A stretch of 64,000 bases of DNA from Tubulanus polymorphus (taxonomy: Eukaryota; Animalia; Nemertea): contig NC_134029.1 of NCBI RefSeq assembly GCF_964204645.1, positions 4,836,001 to 4,900,000 on the forward strand. The letters are read 5' to 3'. The notes under the pieces were generated by a model that worked only from the letters and a program-made list of their open reading frames with translations, did not search any database and was not told the DNA's origin. Shown piece after piece: positions 28,027 through 38,979 of the stretch. How positions within the stretch are numbered: position 1 is the first letter of the stretch; the number at the start of each line of letters is the position of its first letter. A program made the translations under genes and the position numbers.

Positions 28027-29700
28027 CTAAATGGCCAATGCATTCTCTTCCGACAGAGCAGACTTATTCAAAACAACCTCGTCTAATGCGGGTTCCGACG
28101 GAGCAGAGTCATCCAAAACAACCTCATCTAATGCGGGTTCCGACGGAGCAGAGTCATCCAAAACAACCTCATCTAATGTGGGTTCGGGCGGAGCAGAGTC
28201 ATCCAAAACAACCACATCTAATGTGGGTTCCGGCGGAGCAGAGTCATTCAAAACAACCTCGTCTAATGTGGGTTCCGGCGGAGCAGAGTCATTCAAAACA
28301 ACCTCGTCTAATGTGGGTTCCGGCGGAGCAGGCTCGTTCAAAACAACCTCGTTTAATGCGGGTTTACTCTGAACCCCGGTAACCACGACATTTGCCAAGG
28401 GAAGTTTGACTTTTTCTGGAATGTTGCGAAGAGCCAGTGCAAATAGAGAAATGACAAAAACAAATATGGCTTCCGCTCTGTAGAGCCATGCGAACGATAT
28501 AATATCTACCAAAACCCCACCGAGGATCGGACCCAGAACGAATCCCAAGTCATTAGACGCAGTAAGCAAACCGAATGTTGGTCCGTAAATACCTGGTTTA
28601 TGGCGTATATCGTTAATAAAACTGAGAGCCGTGCCGACACAGCAAATAACGATACCAGCTCCCAGTCTGAACAGACATTCTGGAGCGATAACAACCCAGA
28701 TCATTTTGCATTCGGGATATAAAGCCATCCCAACCACGCACAGCCACATTCCAGCTATGATGAACTGCCAGCGGTATTTGGTACCACATATACCTACGAT
28801 GGCTTCACCAATGAGCATGAAACATAAACTGACGCACATTATTACACCCATCTGCCACATTTCGGCGTTCAGCGTTTCGATCATCCAATTCGGTCCAGTC
28901 GCCATAAATATACCACCCCCGACATACAGACAAAAACAGCACAGCAACGCGCTGACGAAATACGGGTCTTTTATCAGCGAGAAATAGTAGGTGAACTTGA
29001 TTTTTTCTGAAGAAGTTCGGTCGATGTCGGGTTGTATGATAACCAGTCGCATGGCTCCATCCAGTAATGTAATCACGGCCAATATAAGAAATGGAGTAGA
29101 TAAACTGGATAAAGCAAAAGCCACCGGTCCCAACGGGTACCCGAGAATGAGTCCGATAGAGTAGCCGATATACGCCGTGCTCAGGGCTTTGGTTCGTTTG
29201 CCATTATCGGGAAAAGTCCTAGCTACCAGTGCCAGACACGAGATGACCGATAGACTAGACCCGATAGCTTCAACCACGCGTAGTACGATCAACCAGGCGA
29301 AATTCGGTACGAAAGCGAATCCAACTACGGCTCCGGCGTTGAAAATCATTCCGATTAACATAGGCCAACGATTGCCTAGACGATCAACGACGAAGCCCGT
29401 TATAACGTTGAAGAGTACCTCAGCGGCCGGTCGAGCGGCTATGACGTATCCTATTTGTGTCGATATTTCGTTGGCGCTGTCCGTTGTAGAAAAGTTGTCC
29501 GTTTTATCGTGGAACTCATCCTCGGTGATCGAATCAAAAATCGATCGGTTCGTCTCGCCTAGTTCGAACTTGCGCAAAATAACGGGCAACAGAGGAACTA
29601 AAGTCGAGTCGATCAACGTATGTAAGCACATTGCGATGAAAGTCACCGATACAACAAGCAATGGAGACTTGCGAATCTTCAATATTACGTGTCTCACCAT
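28027..29700 (-). CDS. Divergent SLC18 (VMAT/VAChT-like) MFS transporter, copy 1, intronless, 557 aa, with acidic C-terminal repeat
   Basis: Single ORF with about 12 hydrophobic segments, MFS motif A (GFVVDRLGNR), a TM1-2 luminal loop with N-glycosylation sequons (NRS, NFS) and SLC18-like motifs PFLILA..LLDG, KDPY, PNWMIET, DIRH...YG and LGP.LGG. Minus-strand AATAAA at about 27357-27362. Confidence 0.92.
   Translation of the reverse strand: MVRHVILKIRKSPLLVVSVTFIAMCLHTLIDSTLVPLLPVILRKFELGETNRSIFDSITEDEFHDKTDNFSTTDSANEISTQIGYVIAARPAAEVLFNVITGFVVDRLGNRWPMLIGMIFNAGAVVGFAFVPNFAWLIVLRVVEAIGSSLSVISCLALVARTFPDNGKRTKALSTAYIGYSIGLILGYPLGPVAFALSSLSTPFLILAVITLLDGAMRLVIIQPDIDRTSSEKIKFTYYFSLIKDPYFVSALLCCFCLYVGGGIFMATGPNWMIETLNAEMWQMGVIMCVSLCFMLIGEAIVGICGTKYRWQFIIAGMWLCVVGMALYPECKMIWVVIAPECLFRLGAGIVICCVGTALSFINDIRHKPGIYGPTFGLLTASNDLGFVLGPILGGVLVDIISFAWLYRAEAIFVFVISLFALALRNIPEKVKLPLANVVVTGVQSKPALNEVVLNEPAPPEPTLDEVVLNDSAPPEPTLDEVVLNDSAPPEPTLDVVVLDDSAPPEPTLDEVVLDDSAPSEPALDEVVLDDSAPSEPALDEVVLNKSALSEENALAI
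28051..28365 (-). repeat. Coding minisatellite, 7 x 45 bp (EP[AT]LDEVVL[ND]DSAP[PS])
   Basis: Seven in-frame 15-aa units before the terminal EENALAI; the paralog has two units (31438-31527). Confidence 0.95.
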
Positions 29701-31413
29701 TTTCGCATTAACGACTAGAACCCAATTTTGTCGTCAATTAGTCTCAAATGATAATGATATAAGCATAGGTTTTTTACAACTGCTGTACACGAGCAACACT
29801 ATCTTTCACCATGCATAGAACGTACTGTGGCTTGTACAAAACAAAACGCCTAGTGTGTTAACCAGACCGAGCTAAAATATAACTTAGTCATGGTAATTTC
29901 ACGTGTGACCCTAATGACCGGTCTTGAAGTTTTGCGCTTAGCACGTGGCTGCGTCACATCAGTGGTCAGATACAATGAATGACAGACCAGTTGAAGTTCA
30001 TGAATCACCCGTTTGCGTTTCTGAATTGACTGCGTAAATAAAAAACCTGTTTTTTGTTCTGTGCGAATGTTATTTACGTGGAGAAACTGTAACTGTAATT
30101 GTATGTATAAAACTGACAATCCAAATTGTGTGTTCTTTTGTCAAAATCTGCTATTTATGTGGAGTTTGACACTATCCGATATTTTGTTAAGCCTCATGTC
30201 TATGCTTGACATTTAAAGGGGTAGATGCAGGTATGAAGATATTCGACTTGCGTCCAAAATGTGGCCGAAATCAGCACTTAGAACAAATAGTTTTATATTT
30301 TCCTTATTTTCTATTGTTAAAAAAGGCCTGTGGATACAGAGTTGAAGTGGCCTTCTTTATCGCTCCTTCTGCGAGGAATTCGATCCACGAAATCGAAAAC
30401 GAATCCTTAAAATGAAACGTACAATTAAAAGCAAAGCAAACGTAACTTTCTTGAATAAAACCTGGATAAATATGAATATACCTTTATTTTTCGTCTCGAT
30501 TGAACAAGAAATGTAACAACATACAAACGTTTAAATGAACTTAAACATAGATTACGTATGGATATTTTATGCGCTCTTATATGCCAAAATTGGCCGGTTG
30601 GATCAATTCATTATCAAATTTTGTGACGAAATTATGCACAATAAACAAAGAATATACGTAATACATATTACATAATAAATGCATGATATATAACACATAA
30701 AAACTACCATTAATTTTCGATTGAAGTTATGACCATATCGAGATATAGGCACACGTAAAAACGAAAACCACAACATAGAGCGTAAGAAACATATAAATTA
30801 TTTCGTTTCAACCAAATATACATAAAAGAAAGTGAATATACATTATGTCTGTCTCAACGTACACGATTTTGCAGAATGTAACTTCATCTAACCGATTGCA
30901 TGATATGTAAGAATTCATATCACTTGTAAACTGTTTCGTGTCAACCAACAATACGTGATAGAAAGAGATATGTATTTTTGTCAAAACGTACAAAATTTTG
31001 CAAAATGTAAGTATACAGAGCCGATCGCAAAATACGTAAGAATCTATATCACTTAAGAAATAACAGTACAAATCAAGAATAGACGCACAATTTAGAAAAA
31101 GGAGTGCGCTTTTCTGCGTAAACGAATACGTTAATTGGAAAGCTGTAACAAATTTACTGGAACTTAAGTTCATTAGTTAGTTGTGAAGTGATTTGTGAAA
31201 AAAATGAAAAACCTACGAATAACATCGCTCATATCCATGTAAATATCAAAACCTATGTAATACTCTAATTACAGGCGGAACAGAATGTCTCATATGTTAT
31301 ATTTTTACTGTTGACATTTATTGGTATATGGACCGTGTTTATCTAATTCATTTACAAACATTACGACGGTCATATTTTTCTATAGAAGTGTAAGCGGACG
31401 CTTCTATTATTTT

Positions 31414-32877
31414 TCAAATGGCCAATGCATTTTCTTCCGATGGTACAGATTCATTCAAAGCAACCTCGTCTGATGTGGGTTTCAACAGTGCAGAGTCATT
31501 CAAAGCAACCTCATCTAATGCTGGTTCACTGGTTATCTGAACCCCGGTAACGTCAACATTTGTCACGGGAAGTTTGACTCTTTCCGGAATATTGCGAAGA
31601 GACAGTGCGAATAGTGAAATGATAAAGATAAACATGGCTTCCGCTCTGTAGAGCCACGCGAACGATATGATATCTACCAAAACCCCGCCGAGGATCGGAC
31701 CCAAAACGAATCCCAAGTCATTAGACGCAGTAAGCAGACCGAATGTTGGTCCGTAAATACCTGGTTTATGGCGTATATCGGTAATATAACTGAGAGCCGT
31801 GCCGACACAGCAAATAACGATACCAGCTCCCAGTCTGAACAGACATTCTGGAGCGATAACAACCCAGATCATTTTGCATTCGGGATATAAAGCCATCCCA
31901 ACCACGCACAGCCACATTCCAGCTAAGGTGAACTGCCAGCGGTATTTAGTACCACATATACCTACTATGACTTCACCAATGAGCATGAAACATAAACTGA
32001 CGCACATTATTACACCCATCTGCCACATTTCGGCGTTCAGCGTTTCGATCATCCAATTCGGTCCAGTCGCCATAAATATACCACCCCCGACATACAGACA
32101 AAAACAGCACAGCAACGCGCTGACGAAATACGGGTCTTTTATCAGCGAGAAATAGTAGGTGAACTTGATTTTTTCTGAAGAAGTTCGGTCGATGTCGGGT
32201 TGTATGATAACCAGTCGCATGGCTCCATCCAGTAATGTAACCACGGCCAAGATAAGAAATGGAGTAGATAAACTGGATAAAGCAAAAGCCACCGGTCCCA
32301 ACGGGTACCCGAGAATGAGTCCGATAGAGTAGCCGATATACGCCGTGCTCAGGGCTTTTGTTCGTTTGCCGTCGTCGGGAAAGGTCCTAGCTACCAGCGC
32401 CAGACACGAGACGACCGATAGACTAGACCCGATAGCTTCAACCACGCGTAGTACGATCAACCAGGCGAAATTCGGTACGAAAGCGAATCCAACCACGGCT
32501 CCGGCGTTGAAAATCATTCCGATTAACATAGGCCAACGATTGCCTAGACGATCAACGACGAAGCCCGTTATTACGTTGAAGAATACCTCAGCGGCCGGCC
32601 GAGCGGCTATGACGTAACCCAATTGCGTCGATATTTTGTTGGCGCTGTCCGTTATTGAATCATTGATGCCGTTGTTCGTTTTATTATGGAACTCATCCTC
32701 GGTGATCGAATCAAAAATCGATCGGTTCGTCTCGCCTAGTTCGAACTTGCGCAAAATAACGGGCAACAGAGGAACCAAAGTTGAGTCGATCATCGTATGT
32801 AAGCACATTGCGATGAAAGTCACCGCTACAACGAGCAATGGAGACTTGCGAATCTTCAGTATTACATGTCTCACCAT
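31414..32877 (-). CDS. Divergent SLC18 (VMAT/VAChT-like) MFS transporter, copy 2, intronless, 487 aa
   Basis: Near-identical paralog of 28027-29700 with an intact ORF. Its homologous 3' flank includes minus-strand AATAAA at about 30483-30488. Confidence 0.92.
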   Translation of the reverse strand: MVRHVILKIRKSPLLVVAVTFIAMCLHTMIDSTLVPLLPVILRKFELGETNRSIFDSITEDEFHNKTNNGINDSITDSANKISTQLGYVIAARPAAEVFFNVITGFVVDRLGNRWPMLIGMIFNAGAVVGFAFVPNFAWLIVLRVVEAIGSSLSVVSCLALVARTFPDDGKRTKALSTAYIGYSIGLILGYPLGPVAFALSSLSTPFLILAVVTLLDGAMRLVIIQPDIDRTSSEKIKFTYYFSLIKDPYFVSALLCCFCLYVGGGIFMATGPNWMIETLNAEMWQMGVIMCVSLCFMLIGEVIVGICGTKYRWQFTLAGMWLCVVGMALYPECKMIWVVIAPECLFRLGAGIVICCVGTALSYITDIRHKPGIYGPTFGLLTASNDLGFVLGPILGGVLVDIISFAWLYRAEAMFIFIISLFALSLRNIPERVKLPVTNVDVTGVQITSEPALDEVALNDSALLKPTSDEVALNESVPSEENALAI

Positions 32878-33066
32878 TTTCGCATCTAACGACTAGAACC
32901 CAATTTATTGCAAAGTCTGAAACGATTATGATACGGGTGATTGTTTTACCACTGTTGTTCACATGCAACGCCACAATTTAGCATTGAACAATATATACAG
33001 GGGCTAGTTCACAAAAGCACGGCATCTAGAAATGTACATGGCGTGTGTATACAAGACTTATGTATA

Positions 33067-33184
33067 TCTGACCATCTACGAAATCAGAAAATTTGTATGA
33101 TATTTTTCGAAAGACGGTTTCACGTCTGACCATCTACGAAATCAGAAAATTTGTATGATATTTTTCGAAAAACTGTTTCACGTC
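33067..33184. repeat. Direct tandem repeat, 2 x 58 bp, upstream of SLC18-like copy 2
   Basis: tctgaccatctacgaaatcagaaaatttgtatgatatttttcgaaa(g/a)ac(g/t)gtttcacg at 33067 and 33125. Confidence 0.9.
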
Positions 33185-34720
33185 CTTGTTTTAATGAAAC
33201 AAAGGCCTTTAGATACAAAAGTGAAAAAGCTTAGCCTACCTTATCGTTCTTTAAGCGAGGTTGATCGGCGAAATCGAAATCAAATCCTCAAAATGGAATT
33301 TCAACTGCAGCCAATCGAGATATCACTCTTTTCCCGATGAAATGCAAAGCTGGAATATCTAACAGTTGTGCTACGTGTCGCAATTTTACCAACATCAGTG
33401 AGTCACGCGCTCGTGAATTTCGCAGCGATTCCGAACAAATGTTGCCACGGAAGTAAGTGTTATTGCCGATATATTTTCACGACCTGGCAAATTTATGTGC
33501 TTAACGCCAGAAAACGAACGAAAAAATGAGTCCAGCTGCTGCTCTACGATCGAGCTGAGTCAACAGGTCTTCAGATTAACTGGTCAACACCTTGGTGAAA
33601 ACTCGAGAACGCTCGTGATGATAGTATTGCAAGAAGCGACCATGATTCAGAGCTATATAGATATTAAATGACGATGTTTTATTCATTCATTTTGAAATTA
33701 TTTCCGGGAATAGTCTAGACTTTCGTTCTTCGTCGTTTTGACAAAATTTTCACGATTCCCAACTCACTTATCAAATTTTAAACTACAAACTAAACTTAAC
33801 CTACAAGGGGTTTAAGTTCTTTATGTGCCGTGTATAGGGCCGACAGCGCAAGATCCTCGACTGCTTTGCGTAGTACAAAATGAAGGGAAATCAATTGAGT
33901 TAATGCACTATCTACGGAATTTCACCAGTGTTTTGCCTTAGAATTTCCAGAAAAACGTCCCTCTCAAGCATCGAATTTCCAAATGTAACTCTTCCATACG
34001 ATATTTCCTGAGGATCTTTGGCTTCGAGGAGTGACAGTCAGTACGAGAAATCCTCTTCCGATTTGTCCGATTTTAAGTTGGAAATTGTTTTCTTTGTAAG
34101 ACCGAGAGACTATGTCGTATCAAAACTTATCAACAACATCAGACTAATAGAAATTTCTTGAAAAAACCATGTATTTATTTAAACACACATATAATTTATG
34201 TATAATTTGAAATATTTACAGACTAGAAAGAAATGCATTTAAATTGCGTACGATATTCGTTATATACATTGATACAATAAAGTTTTAGATTAAATGGTCT
34301 TATTTGAATTATGATATCATTTCTATATATCTATACATATTGTAAGCGGTATAATAGATTATTATATTCGTAATGTGTTGAAATAAATTAAGTTACATCT
34401 TATGATTAACCTACAAGAATAGTTATTTACAAAATGCCATGACCTCCAGATGACGTAACAGTGAGAGCATAGAAGATGTGGGGGTAGTTTCGCTTAAAGA
34501 TAGTATACATATCATATAATAGTATATGATCTGAGATCTGTTTACTATCGAGAAGAAGAATACCGATTATATACAACGTGATATAGAGAAAACACAAACA
34601 AACCTACATCACATAGACAGAGATCAGGGCAATGTTAAAAGAATGAGAAAATGCGAGGAAAATGCAAGAGATCGGAAGGAAATATGACGTTCATTGTCAT
34701 GAATCGTAGCTGCTTTTCGC

Positions 34721-37667
34721 TCACTTGGCGATGGATACGCTGGCCGTTGCGGAACTTGCACTGTTCTTCGTCGTTGTGGGTTCAGTAGTGCGCTGTTGTA
34801 AATCTTCTAAAAAAAATAGATAAGTCGTAAAACTCATAAGCACATTTTTGACACGTGAAACTTTACTTCATCGAATTTAAAACGCCTGAAATAAAATCTG
34901 TCGCTATACGCTAAACTTACTTTTGATTACGTGTACGTATGTCCACGCCTTCTGCGAATTAACATTACAGAAATACCAGCCAGCGTCATCCGGGGTCACG
35001 TGATTAATTGTAAGGTCTAAGCTTTTATGGTTGCATTTAGTGACGCGAACACCGTCTCGTAATTTGGTCGGGTTGCAACCGTACGCGAACATCGTCGCAG
35101 ATGGCTGTTTGCTTTGTCCGTCTTTTCTCCACAAGGCGATAGGCGATTTTTCACGATGTCCAGGGCTCACCATCGCTGAGATCTGTCTACACTTCAGACC
35201 AAGGCTGTCGCCTTCTTCGACCACCCTACTGTCGGATTCAATTGTCACCTCGGCTGTAATGCGAATAACAACTGTCTTAGAAAGAAAGATTACGCTAAAT
35301 CGAGAACTTTTAGAGTACGAACGCTCGATATGAGAACTCGGGTAATAACCGGAATCAAAATAACCTACCTATTGGTTTTCCGACTGAAAGAGACAACGGC
35401 TCGGATTTGAATCTACCGAAATGACACGAATATTCTCCTTGATCGGCGGCTGAGAACTGTCGTATCTGCACGTGCAAATACATCCCCGCGACGCATCTAA
35501 CGCCGTTTACACGTGGATCTGAAGTCATACAGGACGTTCCGTCAACTACCAGGTTTCCGGAAGGTCCGACTAGCATCAACGACTTGCTCGTCGTGTCTAT
35601 GGGGCCATTTGCAACCCTCGTACAGGATATATCTACGGCACCGCCGATAGGGGGAGCTAGATAATTGGCACTGACTACGAACATACCTATAATGAAATAA
35701 AGAAGACATTTTAGAATAATAACCAAACCCAACGGTGTAATCAGAATAGCACAATTGAATGTCAACATAATTTCTAACTTCATTGACCAACTTGAAGTTA
35801 CAACGCTGACAATTATAAAGTAGGTAGTATGTAAGTAGTGGTCATATTTTAAAAAAAACATTTTTCAGGCAGAATGAAATAAATGTAAGTAATAAGAAGT
35901 AGTAATTTAACCTGTCATTGTCATAGAAGATGTGACTCATTTTATGCGTAGTTATGGTAAGTATTCGTTGTTATTGACTGATAATTGTTTTCAATGTCAG
36001 TCTAGTAGTCTAGACGCAATACATCACTGTTACCGGTTTCATGGTAAATACATTACGAACGATAAGAATTAGTTTATATTTACGATAGTTCGTGAAACAA
36101 ATAGCGCTATAAAACTCACCAACTTGTACGCTAATTTTCCCGCTGTAGTGGTTATTATGGAAACACTGGTATGAACCAGCATCGTTTAGCTTGGCGTTGG
36201 GAATTTTGAATTCAACATCTACTCGGCGATCATCGCTAGTGACATCTATTGGACGATTTTGTACCATGCCGTTCTTGCCCATGAGAATGACGTATTTCGA
36301 GATGACTGGTTCGTGGATCTCGCATCTGATACGGATAGTTCCGCCTTCGGGAATAGCTGAATCCGGCCCGTGAATCAGCACCGAATCTACTTAGAAAGAA
36401 AACGGAATTTTGACAGTTTTTTCGATGATCGGATACGGAATTAAATTAGAATTAACTAAAAAATCTCCTTAAAGCAATGATTATTGAAATGATACAAAGT
36501 TCAAGAAAACTTTTTTCAAGAAAGTTTAAGTTTAAGTTAATTTCAAATAGACCATCATTGTGCTTAATTTCATTACAATAAATTTCTACAAATACAATAC
36601 ATTCAATACGATACAATACATTTCGGTAAATATAAAGTAAATAGAGTTAGTTTTTACCGATTTTCAGATGTTTGATTTGAGAATATCGGCCTTGGCTGCA
36701 CTTATAAGCACCGGCATCTTTCAATTGGAGATTCGATAATCGCACGTGTATACAGGACGATGGACGGGTACACTGATTACTGGCGGTTATTGCCAGGTTT
36801 GATACGCGATTGCCGTAGGTATTCCCGAAATCAGGACCGGATAAAATCATATCGTCGCCGTGTTCTAACAGCAGTGAAAACGAGTTGCTCATCGCCGATT
36901 CGCAGAGTATATCTACACTGTCACCTCTACCGGCCGATGTTCTCGATATGGTCATTTTAATATTGTCTGAAAACCGGTAAAAGTAAAAAAATAACGGAAC
37001 TCAGAAAAAGGAAAACAAAAACATTTAACTTCAAACTACCATCATTTCGATGTTTTTATACATGACATGTAGTAACTAGTACTAACGGATAAAAGCAAGC
37101 ATACATGACAACATATTCTACCATAACAAACGATTATCTGGGAAGAAATGGCTAAAGTTGTTACTAGATAAATCTATACCTCTAAATTTTAGGTGGTTGG
37201 GTAACACATCAATAGTGTGTTAATGTGTTAGAAGAAATGAAAAAAAAATCAGTCAGCATAGCCTAAATACCGCCACTTCATAAACATCCTCTTAACCTTG
37301 ACCGTTAATATCAAACTATTTGCTCATGACTACTTTCTGATTGCGCATTTATGACACAGCAATAACTGCGAAAGTTATCGAGTATTTATCGGTATATTTG
37401 GGTGAACTTTGAACTATATTCGTTGATTATGATAAGCTCAAAGTTCCCGTTCAATTATGAGAGTAAAGCGCGGCCGACGAAAATGGCAAACGTTTTTATT
37501 GAATATGCGTTAGAATCGTCAGGATAGCTTAGACGGATCGGAAATAAGCAAAATCGATGAAATATAATGCTGAACTTACCAGGAATAGAGGCTGCGCTTG
37601 TGACCAGACGTGTAGATACCATTGCTGCCACCAGTAGAAATAACATGTACTGTTGTGTAGTCTCCAT
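34721..37667 (-). CDS. Secreted or cell-surface protein with signal peptide, four Ig-like domains and an S/T-rich tail
   Basis: Phase-1 exons: 37667-37580 (signal peptide ..YMLFLLVAAMVSTRLVTSA), 36966-36658 (Ig1, DAGAYKC), 36386-36120 (Ig2, DAGSYQC), 35686-35369 (Ig3, DQGEYSC), 35253 (or 35271)-34921 (Ig4, LWRKDG..DAGWYFC), 34806-34721 (RTTEPTTTKNSASSATAS). The 3' end is uncertain because a further donor is possible at AA|gtgagc. Confidence 0.8.
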
Positions 37668-37810
37668 CACTCGTTGTATATGAAATATAGCTTCTTCTTT
37701 GTGATCGAATACTCTGTAGTTTACTATCGGCTGTTTAGAATGTTCTCTTCTTCTTGCGAGTTCTGCGCCGTTCTTCGCTTTTTGGCCCATCTCTCGGCGA
37801 TAAAGCGATA

Positions 37811-37817
37811 TTTATAT
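37811..37817 (-). promoter_or_regulatory. Candidate TATA box of the Ig-domain gene
   Basis: ATATAAA on the minus strand about 145 bp upstream of ATG 37667; it would place the in-frame ATG at 37790 at or before the TSS. Confidence 0.35.
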
Positions 37818-38831
37818 TGATGCAGCGCCGAAAATAGACTGTCTGGGTTTTCCGCGACGACACACATATTTTAGTTAATGCGTGACTAACGCACGCGATT
37901 TCGGTGACCCCTCGTCACCCGAATGAATGAGTGAATGAATGAGCGTATTTCGAGCACCCTAAATAAACCCCCGCCATGCTGCCGGGTTGCTAAGAAAACC
38001 GCAGTGGACTCAATGGGAACAGCGAATCATCTCCTCATTGACCAGCTTTGTCGAGTGCTTAGAAAAAATACACGATGTGTTCAAATGTCTTTTTTCAAAG
38101 CATAAGACTGACTAGTCAGCGCAGTTTCTGGTGAAATTGGAATAAGTATTATAGATCGTAATAAATGATATTTTGAGAACCTTTTTAAAAACTAACTATA
38201 TAACAACAATCCACTTAGTACAATTTATTGAACACTTGGGCCACTATTCAAGGACGGATCGGACCAATGGACGTGGGCAGTTTCATCTCTGCTAGAAATT
38301 AAACTCTTAATAGTAATCTTAATCTATGTATTAGTCACATACTCTTGAAATTCATCGAAAATTAACCCGACACGATTAAGTACCGACCGAGTTGCCAAGA
38401 ATCTCGATGTTGGTTTTTCCGGGTCTGGCTTTTCCTCGCCGCTAAGTGATTAATATAGTCTGTACAGCGTTACCAAAAATACACGATGAAAATACACACG
38501 CTTTTGCTCGAGGGATATCCCACTGCAAAATTACACCGCAACTAAATTCATCAAATATCAGACGGTTCTCGTTTTCCCCAGCCGCGTGTTGAAGAAAAAA
38601 ATACGTTGATTTCCATCTATTTGAAAATGAAACTAATAGATCATTTAGATATGGCCATTTTTTCTATCTTAAGTGTCTTATCAAAGTTCCTTGATCTCCT
38701 TATATCAAATGGAAGGAAAGAAACTACTTAGCTCTTCATAGTTCAGTTGTCGATTTGAAAATTGTCTCATTCAAAATAGATATACAATGATAGAACGATA
38801 ACCACACTCAAACGTGGTGAACGGATAATAC

Positions 38832-38979
38832 GATAAAAACCCACTATCTACAGATTAAAAGTATTTTAAAATCAAGAAATTTATCTATTCGAACAATCTG
38901 AAATATATAAAATGCGACGTTTCGATCTCACCCTAGAGATCATCAAATTATTTTTATTTGTAAATAGTGGGTTTTTATC
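38832..38979. mobile_element. Penelope-like retroelement remnant: inverted repeat enclosing a hammerhead-ribozyme-like core
   Basis: gataaaaacccactat(c/t)taca is inverted at 38832-38852 and 38959-38979. Minus strand 38946-38915 reads TTGATGA-TCTC-TAGGGT-GAGA-TCGAAAC-GTCG, resembling CUGANGA/stem II/GAAAC. Confidence 0.45.

Larger units (their letters stand above)
27290..32970 (-). repeat. Tandem gene duplication (about 27290-29800 vs about 30410-32970)
   Basis: CDS, 3' flank (e.g. gaataaaacctg...tatgaatatacctttattttt..tctcgattgaac) and proximal 5' flank (acgactagaacccaattt) are homologous between the two units. Confidence 0.9.

Noticed and set aside
28051-28365. Regularly spaced repeats resembling a CRISPR array
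   Set aside because: There are no unique spacers or cas genes; this is an in-frame coding minisatellite in a eukaryote.
27948-28382. Plus-strand repetitive ORFs of 144 aa and 113 aa
   Set aside because: They are antisense shadows of the 45-bp coding repeat in the transporter tail.
29177-29818. 213-aa antisense ORF over transporter copy 1
   Set aside because: It has a non-ATG start, is interrupted in the paralog (32345-32617 and 32636-32896), and is a typical antisense shadow.
29701-37790. ChAT exons around the transporters (classical cholinergic locus)
   Set aside because: No choline/carnitine acyltransferase-like coding sequence was recognised; the upstream same-strand gene encodes Ig domains.
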